Shown in pieces: positions 10,828 through 20,665 of a stretch of DNA of 64,000 nucleotides. Source of the DNA: Fidelibacterota bacterium (lineage in GTDB: Bacteria; Fidelibacterota; UBA2242); contig JAGNGI010000004.1 of assembly GCA_018002295.1 (NCBI GenBank), positions 3,345 to 67,344 of the forward strand, written 5' to 3'. Below the pieces are notes generated by a model. That model worked only from the letters and a program-made list of their open reading frames with translations. It searched no databases and was not told the origin of the DNA. Made by a program: the position numbers and the translations under genes. The stretch's first letter is position 1; the number at the start of each line of letters is the position of its first letter.

Positions 10828-11214
10828 ATGGAAAAGCCAATAAAAAAATTATATTACTCAATTGGAGAAGTCAGTGAAATTACCGGGCTAAAGCAATATG
10901 TTCTCAGATACTGGGAGAAAGAATTTCCATCATTGACACCGACTAAAAACCGGGCGGGCAACCGCGCTTATCGTGAAAAAGACATCCAATTAATTCAATA
11001 TATCAAACACCTATTGTATGATAAACGTTTTACCATAGAAGGCGCCAAACAGAAGTTGAAAGAAATGAAACCGGAGGATTGGCAAAAAGCTATCGAGACT
11101 GAGAATCGGAACGAAATAGATGGAGCTGTAGTAGAAAGAACCGAAACTGCTGTGGTATTGTCAGAAATTAAAAAGGGGCTTAACGAATTACTGGAAATGC
11201 TTAATAACTGGTAA
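10828..11214 (+). CDS. MerR-family transcriptional regulator
   Basis: N-terminal HTH YYSIGEVSEITGLKQYVLRYWEKEF…RAYREKDI matches the MerR pattern; C-terminal coiled coil. AGGTG ribosome-binding site. Confidence 0.7.
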   Translation: MEKPIKKLYYSIGEVSEITGLKQYVLRYWEKEFPSLTPTKNRAGNRAYREKDIQLIQYIKHLLYDKRFTIEGAKQKLKEMKPEDWQKAIETENRNEIDGAVVERTETAVVLSEIKKGLNELLEMLNNW

Positions 11215-11273
11215 TCCAATTTTTCGTAGATAAATAAATTCTTATCAATTAAATTACTGGCGTTTTTGACAAG

Positions 11274-11349
11274 CGGAGCGTAGCGCAGTCCGGATTAGCG
11301 CACCTGAATGGGGTTCAGGGGGTCGGTGGTTCAAATCCACTCGCTCCGA
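11274..11349 (+). tRNA. tRNA-Pro (anticodon GGG)
   Basis: Cloverleaf folded by hand. Acceptor CGGAGCG/CGCTCCG, D-stem GCGC/GCGC, anticodon stem CCTGA/TCAGG with loop ATGGGGT (GGG, then G37), T-arm GGTGG-TTCAAAT-CCACT, discriminator A. CCA is not encoded. Confidence 0.8.
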
Positions 11350-11396
11350 CAAATTTCGATTGAATTAAATAAATTTTTCACGAAATTCAGAACGAA

Positions 11397-12338
11397 ATGC
11401 CAATGTTTATCAAATATTATCCCAATAAATACGAACGTCACCAATTGATTGAAGACTTAAAGATTATCCGTGATAAAGGATATGACGGCGTGTTTTATTG
11501 TATAAACAAGCCTTATGAAACCGGTGATTTGACGATGAAATTTTTTCCGGTGGCAAGGATGATCGAACTGACTAAACTGGCGGGCTTAAAAGCTGGAATT
11601 ATTTTAGATTGTTTCCAAAATCCATTTTTGTGGCAAATGGATATTTTTTCTCCACCGGTTAATTATCTCGGGACTGCCTATACCCCCCAGAAAGGATATT
11701 ATCCGGTTTGTCCCAACAATCCCATTGGACATGATTTTTATCATTTATTACTTCAAAAGACATATCGTCTGGGGCAAATTGATTACTGTATGTTTGAAAA
11801 TCTGAGATTCCCCTTTTTCTGGCAGGAAGAAAATCTGGATATACAGCATCACGTACCACCCTATTGTTACTGCCCGTTCTGCGTTACAGAATTTTCATCA
11901 ATGGTTGGTGAAGTGGTATCTTTTACCAGCCAAATCGTCGAAATGCTTCCGGATTGGTTGGAATGGCGTTCGGGAATAATTGCTAATCTAGTTTATGATG
12001 CCTGTGATGCATTAATCAAGAAAACTAAAATAATTATTAGTACTCCACCGCTGGCGCTTATAGATTTACCGTTTGCTACCGGGCAGTTACCTATGGCTTA
12101 TGTGGATAATGGATGTTTGATTTCACCGGCATTATATCACCCCAGTAAAATGGGTAATATACTTTGGGTAGAAGACATTTTAGATCAATATCGTATCGAA
12201 TTCAAAATGACTAAACTTTTTCCGACCTTTAAAGTTCAAAGTGAAAATGAGATAAAGCAATATTTAGCAATTGATTCGACTGAAAATTTTGCTGGTCTTC
12301 TGTTTGATAACTGGCAATCATTAAAATACGAAGATTAA
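11397..12338 (+). CDS. hypothetical protein, possible GHL10/DUF187-type glycoside-hydrolase-like TIM barrel
   Basis: 313 aa, no signal peptide. YPVCPNNP and CYCPFC motifs recall glycoside-hydrolase-like family 10 proteins. Assignment is tentative. Confidence 0.35.
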   Translation: MPMFIKYYPNKYERHQLIEDLKIIRDKGYDGVFYCINKPYETGDLTMKFFPVARMIELTKLAGLKAGIILDCFQNPFLWQMDIFSPPVNYLGTAYTPQKGYYPVCPNNPIGHDFYHLLLQKTYRLGQIDYCMFENLRFPFFWQEENLDIQHHVPPYCYCPFCVTEFSSMVGEVVSFTSQIVEMLPDWLEWRSGIIANLVYDACDALIKKTKIIISTPPLALIDLPFATGQLPMAYVDNGCLISPALYHPSKMGNILWVEDILDQYRIEFKMTKLFPTFKVQSENEIKQYLAIDSTENFAGLLFDNWQSLKYED

Positions 12339-12382
12339 TACTTCTTACGAATGAAATCCGGTGCAAATTTAGTAAACCTCTT

Positions 12383-13657
12383 GTGAAGCCTAATAAACAA
12401 TTACTGATTGCGCATTATACATTACCACCGGCTATAGGAGGAGTTGAGAGTATCCTTAAGCCGTTCGCTGAAGTATTTGCGCGCAATGGCTATTTAGTAA
12501 CAATCCTGAGCGGAGCCGGTTCAATCGAAGGCCAGAATATCAAGACCAGTCTATTACCGGATTTAAATCCAAATAGTCCGCATGTTCGTGAAATTCAGCG
12601 GGTTTTAAAATTCGGCTCACTACCTGAATTTTACGAATATCAAATGCAAAACCTTCAGCGGCGAATCGAAGCCGAAATCGGTAATATAGATACCATTATT
12701 ATTCACAATATAATGACTATGCCTTTTAATCTGATGGCTACTGAAGCTTTTTGGAACTATATCTTAAAATATCCAAATAAAAAGTATTACATCTGGACTC
12801 ATGATCTGGCATGGTTGATTGATGAGTACAAACCTAATTTATACGACCGACGACCATGGTCACTCCTCCGAACTGAAATTCCCCACGGTACTTACATTAC
12901 GGTTTCCGAGTATCGCAGACGTCAGATGGCTGAATTATTAAAAATTGCACGACGAAAAATTATCGTAGTCCCTAATACGATTAAATACCAGGATTTCTTC
13001 AAATTTGAACCAGCAACTAACATAATCGTTGAAGCACTCAAGGTTTTTAGTTGTTATCCAATCATTTTGGTCCCAGCCAGAATAATTCCAAGGAAGAATA
13101 TTGAACGCAGTATTAAAGTAATTGCGGCACTGCGGAATACCTGGCCTAATCTTGTCGGTATCATTACCGGAATGCCTAAGAGGGAGAATGGCGCTTTGAC
13201 AGAATACGCCGCCAGTCTTTATAATTTGGTTCAAGAAAACAACCTGTCCAATAACCTGTTTTTTCTCGGCGATCTTTTCGAGAGATTAAATATCCCGGTA
13301 GAAAAGAATCGAGCTGTGGTCCGTGACCTTTATTTTATCAGTAATTTAGTGCTTTATTTAAGCATGGATGAAGGTTTCGGTTTACCAATTCTTGAAGCAG
13401 GTATCGCCAGAACTCCATTGGCACTCAGTCAAATACCGGTATTTAGAGAAGTAGCGAAAGAAGGTGCTCTATACTTGCCGCTGGATGAGAGTCCGGAATA
13501 TAATGCTAACCGCATAGTAAAATATTTGACAGATAATCAACCGCGGAGCGATGTATTATATAAATCTATCATTCAAAAAAATAATTGGGATGATCTCTGG
13601 GAGAGCCATCTAAATTCCATCTTTAACGAAAGTATGAGTGGAGGCGGGGGGAATTGA
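12383..13657 (+). CDS. glycosyltransferase (GT4-like, GT-B fold)
   Basis: N-terminus LLIAHYTLPPAIGGVESIL and C-terminal EGFGLPILEA motif typical of GT4 enzymes. GTG start. The 3' end overlaps the tmRNA 3' end by ~19 nt. Confidence 0.6.
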   Translation: MKPNKQLLIAHYTLPPAIGGVESILKPFAEVFARNGYLVTILSGAGSIEGQNIKTSLLPDLNPNSPHVREIQRVLKFGSLPEFYEYQMQNLQRRIEAEIGNIDTIIIHNIMTMPFNLMATEAFWNYILKYPNKKYYIWTHDLAWLIDEYKPNLYDRRPWSLLRTEIPHGTYITVSEYRRRQMAELLKIARRKIIVVPNTIKYQDFFKFEPATNIIVEALKVFSCYPIILVPARIIPRKNIERSIKVIAALRNTWPNLVGIITGMPKRENGALTEYAASLYNLVQENNLSNNLFFLGDLFERLNIPVEKNRAVVRDLYFISNLVLYLSMDEGFGLPILEAGIARTPLALSQIPVFREVAKEGALYLPLDESPEYNANRIVKYLTDNQPRSDVLYKSIIQKNNWDDLWESHLNSIFNESMSGGGGN

Positions 13658-13989
13658 ACCCCCGTCCGAAAAAGAGAACTGCAGAATCGCTACGTGTGTA
13701 GTCCGTTGCTGAATCTCGCTTTTACCGTGCCAGCGGACAAACTTGGTAAAAGCCAGTTTGCTGTTTTTAATTCCGTTTACGCAAACCGATAAACGGAACG
13801 AGCCTGCTTTGACGACGCTCTGAACCAGCCTGCAGGCGAGACCGGCCCAGAACGGTCACTTACTTAAGCGTAAGCGACAGTGCCAAAAGAATTGGCATTT
13901 TCGATTCTCAGGTTTATTAACGTGGCCCTCCTGAAAACCACGACACGCTATTCGGCAGATCTTCAATCCCGTCGAATCCATTCGCCCCC
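13639..13989 (-). ncRNA. ssrA: tmRNA (transfer-messenger RNA)
   Basis: Minus-strand 5' end GGGGGCGAAUGGAUUCGACGGG. 3' end GGACGGGGGUUCAAUUCCCCCCGCCUCCA (tRNA-Ala-like T-arm and acceptor with G3-U70; CCA not encoded). Predicted tag reading frame GCC AAU UCU UUU GGC ACU GUC GCU UAC GCU UAA (ANSFGTVAYA), with the resume codon 93 nt from the 5' end. Confidence 0.8.
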
Positions 13990-14147
13990 GTCAAAAAGCG
14001 CTAAAATTTACGCAATTTCCTCCTTATAAACAAACTATCGAATGTCAGGATCTTTCCAAATTATTTAAGGAATATTTGGAATATTTTGATTAAATTTCCA
14101 CGATTTTTTGACTTTTAGAGCTTGATTAGTGTAGGAGCAAAATTAAA

Positions 14148-15497
14148 ATGAAATTGAAGACGTTCAAGAAGGGCGTTCATCCAGCAGAGTTTAAAAGTTT
14201 AAGTGATTATAAAAGCATAGAAAAATCGCCTTTACCGACAGAAGTGTCTATTCCGCTTCAGCAACATGTTGGAGCCGCATGTGTACCGGTAGTCGAAAAA
14301 GGTATGGAAGTTAAGACCGGTCAATTGATTGGCAAAAGCGGTGGATTTATATCGAGCAATATCCACGCCTCAATTTCGGGAAAAGTAAAAACGATTGAAA
14401 AATTACCGCACCCTTTGGGAAATAATTCGCTAATGATAAACATCATCGGCGATGGTCACGACGAATGGGTAGAATTACCTGATTCGATTAGCGATTGGGA
14501 AAATCTTACTCCCGAACAAATCAATAAAATTATATTAGACGCCGGAATCGTTGGCTTGGGCGGAGCGGCTTTTCCAACGCAAGTGAAATTAAATCCGCCC
14601 AAAAATAAAACCATTGATACTTTTATCCTTAACGGTTGTGAATGTGAACCTTATTTGACAGCCGATCACCGCATTATGGTCGAACATTCGGAAGAGGTAG
14701 TCCTGGGACTTCGCATTATGATGAAAGCGCTCGGAGTCAGTCGGGCAATAATAGGTATCGAAGCCAATAAACCGGATGCTATTGCGGCGCTAACCAAAGC
14801 AACCGAAAAATTCTGGGGTATTATTGTCCAGCCTCTGAAGGTAAAATATCCCCAAGGTGCCGAGAAGATGTTAATAGATGCCGTTTTAAACCGCAAGGTA
14901 CCCGCCGGCGGATTACCGATGGACGTGGGCGTTGTTGTTAATAATGTCGGCACGGCTTTGGCTGTGGCTGAAGCCGTTACAAAACACAAACCACTGATTG
15001 AAAGAGTCGTTACGGTTACCGGTCAGGGAGTGCGCGAACCAAAAAATATTTTAGCCAGAATCGGCACTCCATTTCAGAATTTAATTGACTTCTGTGGCGG
15101 ACTGACCGACGATACGGTCAAGGTAGTGATGGGCGGTCCAATGATGGGCGTAGCTCAGGCTTCTTTAGCAGTACCGGTTATAAAAGCTACCAGCGGTATT
15201 GTCTGTTTAACGGATAAAATCGCTAGTGAAAGGAAAGAATATCCCTGTATCAAATGTGGGGCTTGCCTCCATGTCTGTCCAATGAATCTAATCCCAACCA
15301 GGCTGGCGCGCTTATCTCAGTTTGCTAAGTGGGATGAAGCCGAACAATATGGTATAGCTAATTGTATCGAATGTGGTTCTTGCGCTTTTATTTGCCCGGC
15401 AGCAATCCCTTTAGTTCACCATATCCGAACTGGGAAAACGCGGGTAGCCGAAATTCAGCGTCAAAAGAGAGGTGAAAAAAAAGCCGTAAGGGTATGA
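14148..15497 (+). CDS. rnfC: Rnf electron-transport complex subunit C
   Basis: GLGGAAFPTQVKL NADH/FMN-binding region plus two 4Fe-4S motifs, CIKCGACLHVCP and CIECGSCAFICP. Confidence 0.85.
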   Translation: MKLKTFKKGVHPAEFKSLSDYKSIEKSPLPTEVSIPLQQHVGAACVPVVEKGMEVKTGQLIGKSGGFISSNIHASISGKVKTIEKLPHPLGNNSLMINIIGDGHDEWVELPDSISDWENLTPEQINKIILDAGIVGLGGAAFPTQVKLNPPKNKTIDTFILNGCECEPYLTADHRIMVEHSEEVVLGLRIMMKALGVSRAIIGIEANKPDAIAALTKATEKFWGIIVQPLKVKYPQGAEKMLIDAVLNRKVPAGGLPMDVGVVVNNVGTALAVAEAVTKHKPLIERVVTVTGQGVREPKNILARIGTPFQNLIDFCGGLTDDTVKVVMGGPMMGVAQASLAVPVIKATSGIVCLTDKIASERKEYPCIKCGACLHVCPMNLIPTRLARLSQFAKWDEAEQYGIANCIECGSCAFICPAAIPLVHHIRTGKTRVAEIQRQKRGEKKAVRV

Positions 15498-15540
15498 AGT
15501 ATCGTTCTGTATCGAGTATTTTATAAGGAAGTTTACTATA

Positions 15541-16572
15541 ATGGAAGAACAACAGAATATTATCCAAGGGGAATCAGGAAAAGAAAAGAAAGTAAAGTCA
15601 GCTCCAAATTCCGTTGACAAAACAACCGAGAAACGACTTTTTATTCTTTCATCTTCGCCACACATTAAAGCTTCCACAAATGTTTCTTTTATTATGTGGC
15701 TGGTTGTGGCTACTTTAGTGCCAACGGTTATTTTCAGTATTTACAATTTTGGATGGCGCTGTCTGACAGTCATAGCTGTTTCTATGGTTACCGCTATGAT
15801 TGCCGAGGAATTATTTAATTTAATTAGACGTCGTAAAATGACAACTTACGATGGCAGTGCCGCTTTGACCGGCTTATTATTAGCATTGTGTTTACCGCCG
15901 GGGTTACCGCTTAGTATGGTCATAATCGGTGCCGCTTTTTCCATTATAATCGGTAAACAAATTTTCGGTGGCCTTGGGCATAATATTTTCAATCCAGCCT
16001 TATTAGGGCGGGCGTTTTTACAAACCAGTTTCCCGATAGCGATGACTACCTGGACGATTCCACGGACGATTGATGCGATTACTACGGCAACCCCGCTTGG
16101 TTCTTATAAATTTGAAAAAACACTGACGCCTTATCTTGACCTTTTCATTGGCAAAGTCGGCGGCTGTATCGGTGAAACGAGTGCTTTGGCTATTCTGATC
16201 GGTGGATTGATATTAATAATTCTGCATATATCCAATTGGCGCATTCCGGTGAGCTATCTTGGTACAGTTGTGGTTTTCAGCGGAATTTTATGGCTCATTA
16301 ATCCGGCACAGTATCCCGATCCGATTTTTCATCTCTTTTCCGGCGGGTTGATGCTGGGGGCTTTTTTTATGGCGACGGATATGGTGACTTCGCCAATAAC
16401 TAATTTAGGAGCCTGGATTTTTGGAATCGGCGCCGGATTTTTGGTTGTCCTTATTCGTCAATTTGGAGGATTACCGGAGGGTGTCATGTATTCAATTTTA
16501 TTGATGAATGGATTCGTTCCGTTGATTAATCGTTATACTCGACCGAAATATTTTGGGGAGGTAAAATCGTGA
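15541..16572 (+). CDS. rnfD: Rnf complex subunit D
   Basis: Polytopic membrane protein of the NqrB/RnfD family (GKQIFGGLGHNIFNPALLGRAF…FMATDMVTSP). Confidence 0.85.
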   Translation: MEEQQNIIQGESGKEKKVKSAPNSVDKTTEKRLFILSSSPHIKASTNVSFIMWLVVATLVPTVIFSIYNFGWRCLTVIAVSMVTAMIAEELFNLIRRRKMTTYDGSAALTGLLLALCLPPGLPLSMVIIGAAFSIIIGKQIFGGLGHNIFNPALLGRAFLQTSFPIAMTTWTIPRTIDAITTATPLGSYKFEKTLTPYLDLFIGKVGGCIGETSALAILIGGLILIILHISNWRIPVSYLGTVVVFSGILWLINPAQYPDPIFHLFSGGLMLGAFFMATDMVTSPITNLGAWIFGIGAGFLVVLIRQFGGLPEGVMYSILLMNGFVPLINRYTRPKYFGEVKS

Positions 16573-17159
16573 ATAAGTCACTCAAACTGGTAGTTGTCTT
16601 AACCGTGACGGCTTTATTATCGGGATTAATATTGGCTGTGTTAAATACCTACACTGCTCCGCGTATTGAATTGAACGAAAATAAGACCTTATTGGAAGCT
16701 ATCGAATATGTAATCCCGGGCCAAAAAACCTGTGACGTAAAGGTCATCAAAGATGTTACTTTTTATGTTGGTAAAGATGATAAAGGGCAGGTAATCGGCG
16801 TGGCGTTTGTAGCAGAGGGTGATGGATTTCAGAGCCGTTTACGTATTCTGGTCGGTATGGATCCGGAAATGACTAAAATTGTACAAATGAAAATATTATC
16901 CCAAGCCGAAACTCCCGGACTCGGGACAAAAATTGAAAACGATCCAACGAACAAAACGGATGCATTTTGGTTTTTAAAGCAATTTGTTGATTTGCCAGTC
17001 GTAAATCCGATATCCGTTGTCAAGGGACAAGCCGCGGATAAAAGTAAATCGCAAATTCAAGCCATTACCGGCGCAACCATTTCTTCGAGGGCGGTCGTAG
17101 ATATTGTTAACGCCGCTATTGAAAAAAACCGCGCCCTTTATTTAGAGAAGGTGAAATAA
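16569..17159 (+). CDS. rnfG: Rnf complex subunit G (FMN-binding)
   Basis: N-terminal TM segment and FMN_bind motif AITGATISSRAV. GTG start after GGAGG. Confidence 0.8.
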   Translation: MNKSLKLVVVLTVTALLSGLILAVLNTYTAPRIELNENKTLLEAIEYVIPGQKTCDVKVIKDVTFYVGKDDKGQVIGVAFVAEGDGFQSRLRILVGMDPEMTKIVQMKILSQAETPGLGTKIENDPTNKTDAFWFLKQFVDLPVVNPISVVKGQAADKSKSQIQAITGATISSRAVVDIVNAAIEKNRALYLEKVK

Positions 17160-17160
17160 T

Positions 17161-17769
17161 ATGGCGAAGTCAAAAATTTCAGTAACGCAGGAATTTCTCA
17201 AAGGACTCTGGAACGAGAATCCCATCCTGCGTATGGTTTTAGGAACCTGCCCAACTTTAGCCGTTACAACATCAGCTATTAATGGCGTTACGATGGGATT
17301 GGCAGTAATATTTACGCTGGTTATGTCCAGCATGATGATCTCTCTTCTAAGAAAATTGATTCCCAACGAAGTCCGGATTGCGACGTTTATCATCATAATT
17401 GCGACTTTTGTGACGGTGGCAGACCGAGTTCTGGCTGCTTTTTATCCCGAAATGAGCAAGGCGCTGGGACCTTTTGTTCCATTAATTGTCGTGAATTGCA
17501 TCGTATTTGCACGTCAGGAAGCCTTTGCCTCAAAAAATCCAGTCGGTCGTTCTGTTATTGATGCGCTCGGAATGAGTGTCGGGTTTACTCTGGTATTACT
17601 GATAATGGGTTCATTTCGCGAACTAATTGGTAATGGTACTATTTTTTCGCATCAAATTATGCCGTTAACCTTTCAACCCTGGATGGCTATAGCTCTGCAA
17701 CCGGGTGCTTTCTTGACGTTGGGTTTTATAATCGGATTTACCAATTGGCTTAATACGAAAAGGAAGTAA
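17161..17769 (+). CDS. rnfE: Rnf complex subunit E
   Basis: RnfE/NqrD-family membrane protein (MVLGTCPTLAVTTSAINGV). Confidence 0.8.
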   Translation: MAKSKISVTQEFLKGLWNENPILRMVLGTCPTLAVTTSAINGVTMGLAVIFTLVMSSMMISLLRKLIPNEVRIATFIIIIATFVTVADRVLAAFYPEMSKALGPFVPLIVVNCIVFARQEAFASKNPVGRSVIDALGMSVGFTLVLLIMGSFRELIGNGTIFSHQIMPLTFQPWMAIALQPGAFLTLGFIIGFTNWLNTKRK

Positions 17770-17771
17770 AA

Positions 17772-18344
17772 ATGGATCTGATATTAATTTTCATCTCAGC
17801 CGCGGTTATCAATAATTATGTCTTGGTGTCATTCCTCGGAATTTGTCCCTTCATCGGAGTCTCGAAAAAACTCGGTTCCGCGGTTAGTATGGGAATGGCG
17901 ACGACCTTCGTGATGACGATAACGGCCGCGGTTACCTGGTTATTGAATAAGTATATTCTGGTCGGTTTACACCTGGAATTCCTCCAAATTGTATCTTTCA
18001 TCTTGGTAATTGCCTCGCTGGTCCAATTGGTTGAAATGTTTATCAAAAAAGTCAGCCGTCCGCTCTATGATGCGCTCGGTATTTTCCTGCCGCTGATCAC
18101 GACCAACTGTGCCATTCTGGGGCTGGCACTTTTCTTGGTGATGAAGCAATATAATTTTATTGAGAGTATCGTATTTGGTTTTGCTTCCGGGGCAGGCTTT
18201 ACCTTGGCGCTGGTAATTATGGCTGGCATCCGGGAAGAGTTGGAACTGGCGGATGTGCCTGAACCTTTTAAAGGAGCACCGATTACTTTAATCGTCGCCG
18301 GTTGTTTAGCCCTAGCATTTATGGGATTTTCTGGATTAATCTAA
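17772..18344 (+). CDS. rnfA: Rnf complex subunit A
   Basis: RnfA/NqrE family (NNYVLVSFLGICPFIGVSKKL). Confidence 0.8.
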   Translation: MDLILIFISAAVINNYVLVSFLGICPFIGVSKKLGSAVSMGMATTFVMTITAAVTWLLNKYILVGLHLEFLQIVSFILVIASLVQLVEMFIKKVSRPLYDALGIFLPLITTNCAILGLALFLVMKQYNFIESIVFGFASGAGFTLALVIMAGIREELELADVPEPFKGAPITLIVAGCLALAFMGFSGLI

Positions 18345-18362
18345 TCTCAAAAGGTATCTGAA

Positions 18363-19181
18363 ATGAATTCCACAACGTTTTTATACAGTTTATTAAGTAT
18401 GGGCGGAATTGGTTTGTTCTTTTCCATATTAATTGCAGTAGCTAATAAAAAACTACACGTTGAAGAAGACCCGAGAATCAGCTTGATTGCTGAGTGTTTA
18501 CCGGGTGCCAATTGCGGCAGTTGCGGCTATGCCGGCTGTAATAATTTTGCTGAGGCTTTAGCCGGTGGTAAATCGCAAATCTCAAATTGTCCGGTCTGTA
18601 GTCCATCAGCCCGGGAGGAGATAGCCCGGATTTTGGGAGTGAGTGTCGAAATTGGCGAGCGGCAAGTGGCGGTGGTTTTTTGTCAGGGCGGCGACGATGT
18701 CGCTACTAAAAAAGCCGAGTATCGCGGCATCAAAACTTGTTCTGCAGCTAATTTGGTTAGTGGCGGTGAACGTGCCTGCAGTTACGGATGTATTGGACTT
18801 GGTGATTGCGTGGCGGTTTGTCCATTTGACGCTATTCATATGGATGAAAATAACTTACCGGTCGTAGACCGCGCCAAATGCACCGGTTGTGGCAATTGCG
18901 TTACTGCCTGTCCACGGGGCATTATCGAATTGCATCCAATCAGTCATCATGTTTTTGTGCTTTGTAGGAATCGTGACATCGGTAGAATTGCCCGTACGGT
19001 TTGTAAGCGTGCCTGTACCGGCTGTCTATTGTGCGAAAAAGCCGTCAACGGCCAAGGCTTCAAAGTCGTGGATAATCTTGCCGTGGTTGATCACGACGTT
19101 TATACCAAGGAACTGGTTTTGCCGACCGAAAAATGCCCAACGAAAGCTATTGTAATCCTTGGAACTAAGGATGAACAATAA
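18363..19181 (+). CDS. rnfB: Rnf complex subunit B (polyferredoxin)
   Basis: N-terminal TM segment, CGSCGYAGCNNFAEALAGG motif and several CxxCxxCxxxCP ferredoxin motifs. Confidence 0.8.
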   Translation: MNSTTFLYSLLSMGGIGLFFSILIAVANKKLHVEEDPRISLIAECLPGANCGSCGYAGCNNFAEALAGGKSQISNCPVCSPSAREEIARILGVSVEIGERQVAVVFCQGGDDVATKKAEYRGIKTCSAANLVSGGERACSYGCIGLGDCVAVCPFDAIHMDENNLPVVDRAKCTGCGNCVTACPRGIIELHPISHHVFVLCRNRDIGRIARTVCKRACTGCLLCEKAVNGQGFKVVDNLAVVDHDVYTKELVLPTEKCPTKAIVILGTKDEQ

Positions 19182-19644
19182 CGACCAATATTTCAAAACT
19201 GATGATGAAACGGCGACGGTGATTGATGCTGACCAGCACTGGGTAACGGTCGAACTGGCAGAAAAAGATACCTGCCACTCCTGCGGTGCAAAAATGATCT
19301 GTCGCCCCAATTCTACGGGCAAACGCATTCTTAAAATACCTAATACCATTAATGCTAAAGTGGGCGATACGGTTTTAATCGAGCAAATCGGTGCTAATCA
19401 GCTAAAATTAACCATAGTTCAATATGGTTTACCTTTATTTGGTTTTCTGTTTGGAGTACTAATCGCTAACCGATTTATTAAGCATAGTATTTTTGGAATT
19501 CCAGCGGACATCGTGCAGATGTTTTGTGGAATTATAGTAGTTATCTTGACCGGGTTCGTCATTTATTTTTGGAGTAAACGTAAAGCCAAAAGTGGATTTA
19601 ATGTCTTTCGTTTGCGTCAGACATTAAATGGCAAGTTTGAATGA
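19171..19644 (+). CDS. RseC/MucC-family (SoxR-reducing-system-like) membrane protein
   Basis: Small protein with an N-terminal Cys pair (CHSCGAKMIC) and two C-terminal TM helices. Often appended to rnf operons. ATG 19171 overlaps the end of rnfB. Confidence 0.55.
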   Translation: MNNNDQYFKTDDETATVIDADQHWVTVELAEKDTCHSCGAKMICRPNSTGKRILKIPNTINAKVGDTVLIEQIGANQLKLTIVQYGLPLFGFLFGVLIANRFIKHSIFGIPADIVQMFCGIIVVILTGFVIYFWSKRKAKSGFNVFRLRQTLNGKFE

Positions 19645-19660
19645 TTCCGCAGAAGAAGTA

Positions 19661-20665
19661 ATGCTTAATTTCAAAATCCCTATTCCTTACTTTTTATTTT
19701 GTGTTTTTCTGTTGACAAGTTGCCAACCTAAAAGCAAGCTGGTCAAGGCTCAATCAACGCGTTTCGCTATGGGAACGGTTATCGAAATAACCGTATTAGA
19801 TACGACCGAAGCCGAAGCCAATAATGCGCTTGAAGCCGGGTTTGCCGAAATCAACCGCATTTCCACCCAATTCTGGGAAGGCAATCCCGAGAGCCCAATC
19901 TATGCTTTCAACCATCGTTCCACTGAAACAGTCACTATGCCGCTTGAAATTTTGGAGTTGATTGCTCGTTGTGAAGCTTATTCTACAAAGCTCGATGGTG
20001 CGTTTGACATTACCGTTGGGACGATTTCGCCGCTTTATAATTTCAAGGGTGATTCTCCACGACCGCCGGATCTTGCTATGATTAAAGCACTTCTGCCGGC
20101 TGTAAATTACCAAAACCTTACCATTGATTTTGCGAAAGCGCAATTGGGTGCTAAAAATCGTCAGACCAAAATTGGACTTGGTGCAGTTGCCAAAGGTTAC
20201 GGTGTTGATCGAGCAATCACAGTCATTGCAAGACAAAATATCGCTGGTGCATTAGTCAATGCCGGCGGAGATTTACGAGCACTGAGGCGTGTAGATGGAC
20301 AAAAGTGGAGAATCGGGATTCAGGATCCGCGTCAAGCCGATAATATTCTACTTGTAATTGAATTCGACAGTGGGGCAGTGGCTACTTCCGGAGATTATGA
20401 GAAATTTTTTATGTATGAAGGCAAACGCATTCATCATATCTTAAATCCACGTACCGGTTTACCGGCTGACTCCTGTCAATCCACAACTGTAATTGCGCCA
20501 ATTGCTGAGCAAGCTGACGCAATGGCAACTGGATTATTTGTTTTGGGCGCTTTAGCCGGACAAAAAGCTCTGGAAAACTTCCCCAATTGCGAAGTGCTTT
20601 GGATTTGCGCCGATGGCCAGAAGGTTCAATCTGCCGGTTTTGAGAAATATTTAGCACAGCACTAG
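19661..20665 (+). CDS. apbE: FAD:protein FMN transferase (ApbE), lipoprotein
   Basis: Lipoprotein signal (…FLLTSC) and ApbE motifs ALVNAGGDLRAL and ATSGDYEKFFMYEGKRIHHILNPRTG. ApbE flavinylates RnfG/RnfD. An alternative upstream ATG lies at 19628. Confidence 0.8.
   Translation: MLNFKIPIPYFLFCVFLLTSCQPKSKLVKAQSTRFAMGTVIEITVLDTTEAEANNALEAGFAEINRISTQFWEGNPESPIYAFNHRSTETVTMPLEILELIARCEAYSTKLDGAFDITVGTISPLYNFKGDSPRPPDLAMIKALLPAVNYQNLTIDFAKAQLGAKNRQTKIGLGAVAKGYGVDRAITVIARQNIAGALVNAGGDLRALRRVDGQKWRIGIQDPRQADNILLVIEFDSGAVATSGDYEKFFMYEGKRIHHILNPRTGLPADSCQSTTVIAPIAEQADAMATGLFVLGALAGQKALENFPNCEVLWICADGQKVQSAGFEKYLAQH

Noticed and set aside
11340-11400. AAATTTCG…CGAAATT inverted repeat after tRNA-Pro, considered as a terminator
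   Set aside because: The 7-bp AT-rich stem has a 24-nt loop and no clear T-run; not convincing.
11397-13657. Idea that the two glycan genes between tRNA-Pro and tmRNA form an integrated island
   Set aside because: No integrase, no direct repeats of the tRNA or tmRNA 3' end, and no compositional shift were seen.
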